This document shows, piece by piece, positions 60,709-64,000 of a stretch of DNA of 64,000 nt (the first letter of the stretch is position 1; each line of letters begins with the position of its first letter). Both the position numbers and the translations under genes were made by a program. The notes beneath the pieces were generated by a model, which did not search any database, was not told the DNA's origin, and saw only the letters and a program-made list of their open reading frames with translations. Source of the stretch: a virus (taxonomy: Duplodnaviria > Caudoviricetes); the IMG/VR virus record IMGVR_UViG_3300033463_000061, positions 1 to 64,000 of that record; one strand, 5' to 3'.

Positions 60709-62529
60709 GTGAAGCACGACACGACAGTAGGCTTGCCACCGGGTTCACCCGTGGGTCGAAAGCAGTCAGGATCATCGCGAGGAGATGCTCCATCTTTCTC
60801 TTCCGATGATCTGGTCTGTATTGGGGACTATCTTGCCTCTGACATAGGCAAGAAAGAGTGCAAGCTTCTCCGGCGAGGCGACATGCTTCCGTACCTCTTC
60901 AAGTTGCGCGGACAGCCGATGTCGCTAAACGACCATATACAGTTTCACGCCATGTACTCAGACGAGTACGTCGCCGACACGGTATTCGTGTGCGGACGAC
61001 AGGTCGGAAAATCGCTGAACCTGTCACGTGTCGAAGTCCTGGACGCGCTCAGCGCAAACGAACTCCAGCTCCTGTACGTCGCCCCGCTCCAGTCGCAGTC
61101 GCAGCGCTATTCGACGCTGTACCTGAACGAGGCGATCAAGTCATGCGAACTCGCCAGGATAAACCAGATGAAGGCCCTCGAAGGGCTCTGGTCCGACTCG
61201 AAGATACTGACGGCCGTCGGCCACCAGTCGTTCGCCAACGGCTCTGGCATCCAGCTGACATACGCCAAGACCTCCCCGGACCGCGCCCGCGGCATCTTCG
61301 CAGACATAATCGACTTCGACGAGGTCCAGGACCAGCTCACGGACAACATCCCGATCATCTCCCAGTCGACTAAGTCCTCCAAGTGGGGAATCCGCCGGTT
61401 CACGGGCACGGCCAAGACCGTCGACAACACGATCGAGGGGCTGTGGCGGAACTCGTCCCAGTGCGAGTGGGTGATGAAGTGCGACCACTGCGGGGCGTGG
61501 AACATACCGAACATGGACGGACGCGTCCTCGACATGATCCAGGCCGACGGCATGCACTGCGTCGAGTGCGGCGGCAAGCTTAACGTCAGGAACGGTGAGT
61601 GGGTCCCCAACAAACAGGACAAGATGAAGACGTTCCGCGGGTACCATATCCCGCAGGTCATCCTCCCGTTCCATACCGAGAACATGGACAACTGGGGCAA
61701 GATCGTTCGAGACGTGATGACGCTCCCGATCCCCGTGATTCTCCAGGAAATACTAGGAATCAGCTGCTCGCAGGGGCAGCGCATCATCGACCAGAACACC
61801 ATCGACAGGCAGTCGGTCCTCCCAGACGTACGCCAGCTCCAGGATCTGCTGCACAACTACGCCTTTACAGTCGGAGGACTCGACTGGGGCGGTGCGGAAC
61901 AGGTCTCGTTCACGGTGCACACAATCCTAGGCGTGTGCTACGACGGAACCATCGACGTCCTCTGGGCCCGCCGCTACCAGGGATTCGATCCGGACGAGAT
62001 GCTCACGGAGATCGCGAAGACCCATTTCTTCTACGGCTGCCGCGCGCTGGCGGCCGACTACGGCATGGGCTTTGACAAGAATGTCATGCTAGAGTCGCGG
62101 TTCGGAATCCCGGTCATCCAGATCCAGCTATGCAAGCAGAACGCGCTGATGAACTTCAGCCCTGCGCTCGGGCACCCGCGCTGGATGGTCGACAAGACCA
62201 CCGCACTTGACCTCATGTTCATGGGAATCAAGTACGGACGCATGCGCTTCCCGCCGAAAGAGCAGTTCGAGAGCTTCACGAAGGACCTGCTGTCCCCGTA
62301 CGAAGAGGTCGTCGACCACGGAGAACTCGCCCACAGGCGGTTCGTCCGCGACCCGTCGCGTCCTGACGACTTCGCGATGGCCCTTTGCTTCGGGACGATG
62401 GTCGCCCTGAAGATGAGGCACTCCAAGCTGACGGACATCATACCGAAAGGTGCGCTCGCGACGAAAGTCGGAAGGCCTGAATTTACCATTCTCGACCCGG
62501 ACGAGATCATGCGTGCGCTCAACAGCTGA
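60709..62529 (+). CDS. terL: Terminase large subunit, lambda GpA type (start codon uncertain)
   Basis: GRQVGKS Walker A, RARGI..D..FDEVQD Walker B, FTGTAK, CDHC/CVEC, RGYHIPQ, GLDWGG nuclease motif, PDDF. Confidence 0.9.
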   Translation: MKHDTTVGLPPGSPVGRKQSGSSRGDAPSFSSDDLVCIGDYLASDIGKKECKLLRRGDMLPYLFKLRGQPMSLNDHIQFHAMYSDEYVADTVFVCGRQVGKSLNLSRVEVLDALSANELQLLYVAPLQSQSQRYSTLYLNEAIKSCELARINQMKALEGLWSDSKILTAVGHQSFANGSGIQLTYAKTSPDRARGIFADIIDFDEVQDQLTDNIPIISQSTKSSKWGIRRFTGTAKTVDNTIEGLWRNSSQCEWVMKCDHCGAWNIPNMDGRVLDMIQADGMHCVECGGKLNVRNGEWVPNKQDKMKTFRGYHIPQVILPFHTENMDNWGKIVRDVMTLPIPVILQEILGISCSQGQRIIDQNTIDRQSVLPDVRQLQDLLHNYAFTVGGLDWGGAEQVSFTVHTILGVCYDGTIDVLWARRYQGFDPDEMLTEIAKTHFFYGCRALAADYGMGFDKNVMLESRFGIPVIQIQLCKQNALMNFSPALGHPRWMVDKTTALDLMFMGIKYGRMRFPPKEQFESFTKDLLSPYEEVVDHGELAHRRFVRDPSRPDDFAMALCFGTMVALKMRHSKLTDIIPKGALATKVGRPEFTILDPDEIMRALNS

Positions 62530-62669
62530 CGGAAAAGTTGTCTACAGCTGTAAATATCCTGTATACAACGGCCTGTACGCGGTAATCACTAGTCGCTGCG
62601 CAAAGCGCGCCTGCAGCTTTAGCGCACATGCACCCGCGCGTATATGCCGGCAACCCGTCTGTATGCTAA

Positions 62670-62810
62670 GGAAAAGTGCACTTCTGCACCACCAGAAAGC
62701 CCGAAGGCCGCCATCTACCGATAAATGCACGTATGCACGTACCGGTAGACGGCGACCTTTAGGTCGTTTGGAGGGTGATAATGCCTTCCGTAGAAGGTTA
62801 TACCACCTTT
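62670..62810 (-). ncRNA. Structured RNA or terminator cluster in the convergent gap
   Basis: C(UACG)G and C(UUCG)G hairpins, a 19-bp stem with three G-U pairs, and a GTGCA/TGCAC hairpin with a T tract. Confidence 0.5.
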
Positions 62811-62821
62811 TCGCGCCTTTT

Positions 62822-63073
62822 TTAGGGCGAAACCGCTGCGGCTGCGGCCTTTATGACGCGCCACTCGGCGCGCCACTCAGGCACGGACTCCACGTCGGCC
62901 CAAAATTTGGCCTTGTCGGACTCGGGCCAGGCCTCTACCGCCTCAAGGCGCGCCTTGCAGCGCTCCGCAAAGGCGGTCGGCCTGGCCCTAATCTGCATGA
63001 GGATTACTCCTGCAGCAACGCCCAACACCGCGCCTCCTAGGAAGACGCAGGCCTGGCAAACGAATTTCTCCAT
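62822..63073 (-). CDS. Small membrane-anchored protein
   Basis: Start MEKFV; TM segment VFLGGAVLGVAAGVILM. Confidence 0.65.
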   Translation of the reverse strand: MEKFVCQACVFLGGAVLGVAAGVILMQIRARPTAFAERCKARLEAVEAWPESDKAKFWADVESVPEWRAEWRVIKAAAAAVSP

Positions 63074-63112
63074 TTTTACCCCTTTCTGGGGTGCTAAAGG
63101 CACCCGTTATGT

Positions 63113-63122
63113 ATTATAACCA
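63113..63122 (-). promoter_or_regulatory. -10 element TGGTTATAAT
   Basis: AT-rich gap upstream of 63073. Confidence 0.55.
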
Positions 63123-63175
63123 GAAAACTGGCGTATTTTACGCTGTTTTTCGGCCAAAACGGGTGCAAATCATGC

Positions 63176-64000
63176 TTACGGGACCTTTTGCGGCAGTGTA
63201 GCCCTGTAGTAGTTCGTAAAGCTGCCGGTCTGCGTGCTTGACGCACCTGCGAGCGCGTCAATAAGGTCATTTAGCGTGTGTTTAATGCTTATAAGCTCTC
63301 CCTCGATACTCGACATGCGCGTTACAAGCTCCGAGCGATTCGCAGTGACGGTCTGTGACAGGGTAGCCACGCGCGTAGCGGCGAGGCTGTCAGCCTGCGA
63401 GACTGCGTTTGATATGATTCCGCTGCGTGCCGCGGATATACGGCTGTCAGCGATCGTGCGCGCCCTCGCATCTATCGCAGCCTCGATCCCGCCCTCTAGC
63501 ACAGAAAACCGGCTGCCGAGCGCGTCAATGTCAGCCCTCAGCGCGGAGTCGGCAGAGGTATATCCGGACTGCACCCCAGAGATCGCCTGATTGACGGAGG
63601 CGAGCGCGTTACTTGCAGTTGCCTCATGCGCCTGCAGCTCGTCTCGTAAGCCGTCTATGGCGAGCGCCACCGTCGACAGCTGCCCTCCCCAGGATGTGCC
63701 CACAGACGCTATCTGCGCCGCAAGCGAAGCCTGCGCGTTGTTCAGCATGTTCGACAGCACGATGTCGCCTGACGCCCGTGCATAGGCCTCTGTGTTGATC
63801 CTGGAGGACAGCGACGAGTCCGCGGAAGACAGGGCCTGCAGCGCCGTGCCTATGTCATTCGTGGCTCCGTCTATGTCCGACACGTACGCCACGACATGCG
63901 TTACGCCGCCGTCGGTGACAAGCGCACGGCCGCCGGACAGTATGACCTGGTCGCCGGAGACAGGATCCACCAGCGCCTCCGCCTTCGGGACCGTATCATA
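63176..64000 (-). CDS. Coiled-coil, probably virion or tail-fibre-type protein; 5' end outside the window
   Basis: Frame open to the window edge; Ala/Ser-rich heptad repeats. Confidence 0.65.
   Translation of the reverse strand, partial: YDTVPKAEALVDPVSGDQVILSGGRALVTDGGVTHVVAYVSDIDGATNDIGTALQALSSADSSLSSRINTEAYARASGDIVLSNMLNNAQASLAAQIASVGTSWGGQLSTVALAIDGLRDELQAHEATASNALASVNQAISGVQSGYTSADSALRADIDALGSRFSVLEGGIEAAIDARARTIADSRISAARSGIISNAVSQADSLAATRVATLSQTVTANRSELVTRMSSIEGELISIKHTLNDLIDALAGASSTQTGSFTNYYRATLPQKVP

Larger units (their letters stand above)
1..64000. mobile_element. Segment of a large tailed bacteriophage genome
   Basis: Terminase, PolA, primase, helicases, SbcCD, RecA and SSB; dense co-oriented small ORFs; no host housekeeping operons. 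Confidence 0.95.

Noticed and set aside
39274-62529. Inteins or self-splicing introns in the polymerase, helicases or terminase
   Set aside because: The ORFs are continuous with normal motif spacing; no intein splice-junction motifs or LAGLIDADG blocks were seen
1-64000. Stop-codon reassignment as seen in some large phages
   Set aside because: Core genes are full length under the standard code, and TAG, TGA and TAA all terminate genes
1-64000. tRNA genes, reverse transcriptase (DGR or retron), integrase
   Set aside because: No cloverleaf in the few intergenic gaps and no reverse-transcriptase or recombinase motifs recognised by eye; a tRNAscan-SE or HMM run would confirm

Overview
This is a 64-kb segment of a large, GC-rich, tailed dsDNA phage genome using the standard genetic code. 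About 120 tightly packed or overlapping genes lie on the minus strand; the only plus-strand gene is a lambda-GpA-type terminase large subunit. Right arm (39-60 kb): AAA_33 kinase, receiver-domain protein, SbcD/SbcC, SF2 helicase, a possible gp59-like loader, DnaB/gp41 helicase, primase, and a family A DNA polymerase carrying a degenerate UDG-like N-terminal domain. Left end (0-9.4 kb): gp32-like SSB, RecA/UvsX and a NinG-like HNH nuclease. Between them (9.5-39 kb) is an array of about 75 small ORFs with two DNA methyltransferases, a nucleotidyltransferase, an RNA polymerase alpha-CTD protein, Lar-, DUF3310- and DUF4313-like proteins and several paralog families. The alpha-CTD sequence hints at a Verrucomicrobiota/Kiritimatiellota-type host (inference). 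The best leads are: a multi-stem RNA with alternative terminator/antiterminator pairing ahead of the small-gene array; face-to-face promoters at the terL junction; a UNCG-tetraloop structured RNA downstream of terL; a membrane-anchored HNH nuclease next to a micropeptide resembling a terminase segment; and a duplicated ~400-aa 'RRDPILFG' protein family. No tRNA, CRISPR array, integrase or reverse transcriptase was seen. All family assignments come from recognising motifs by eye; no searches were run.
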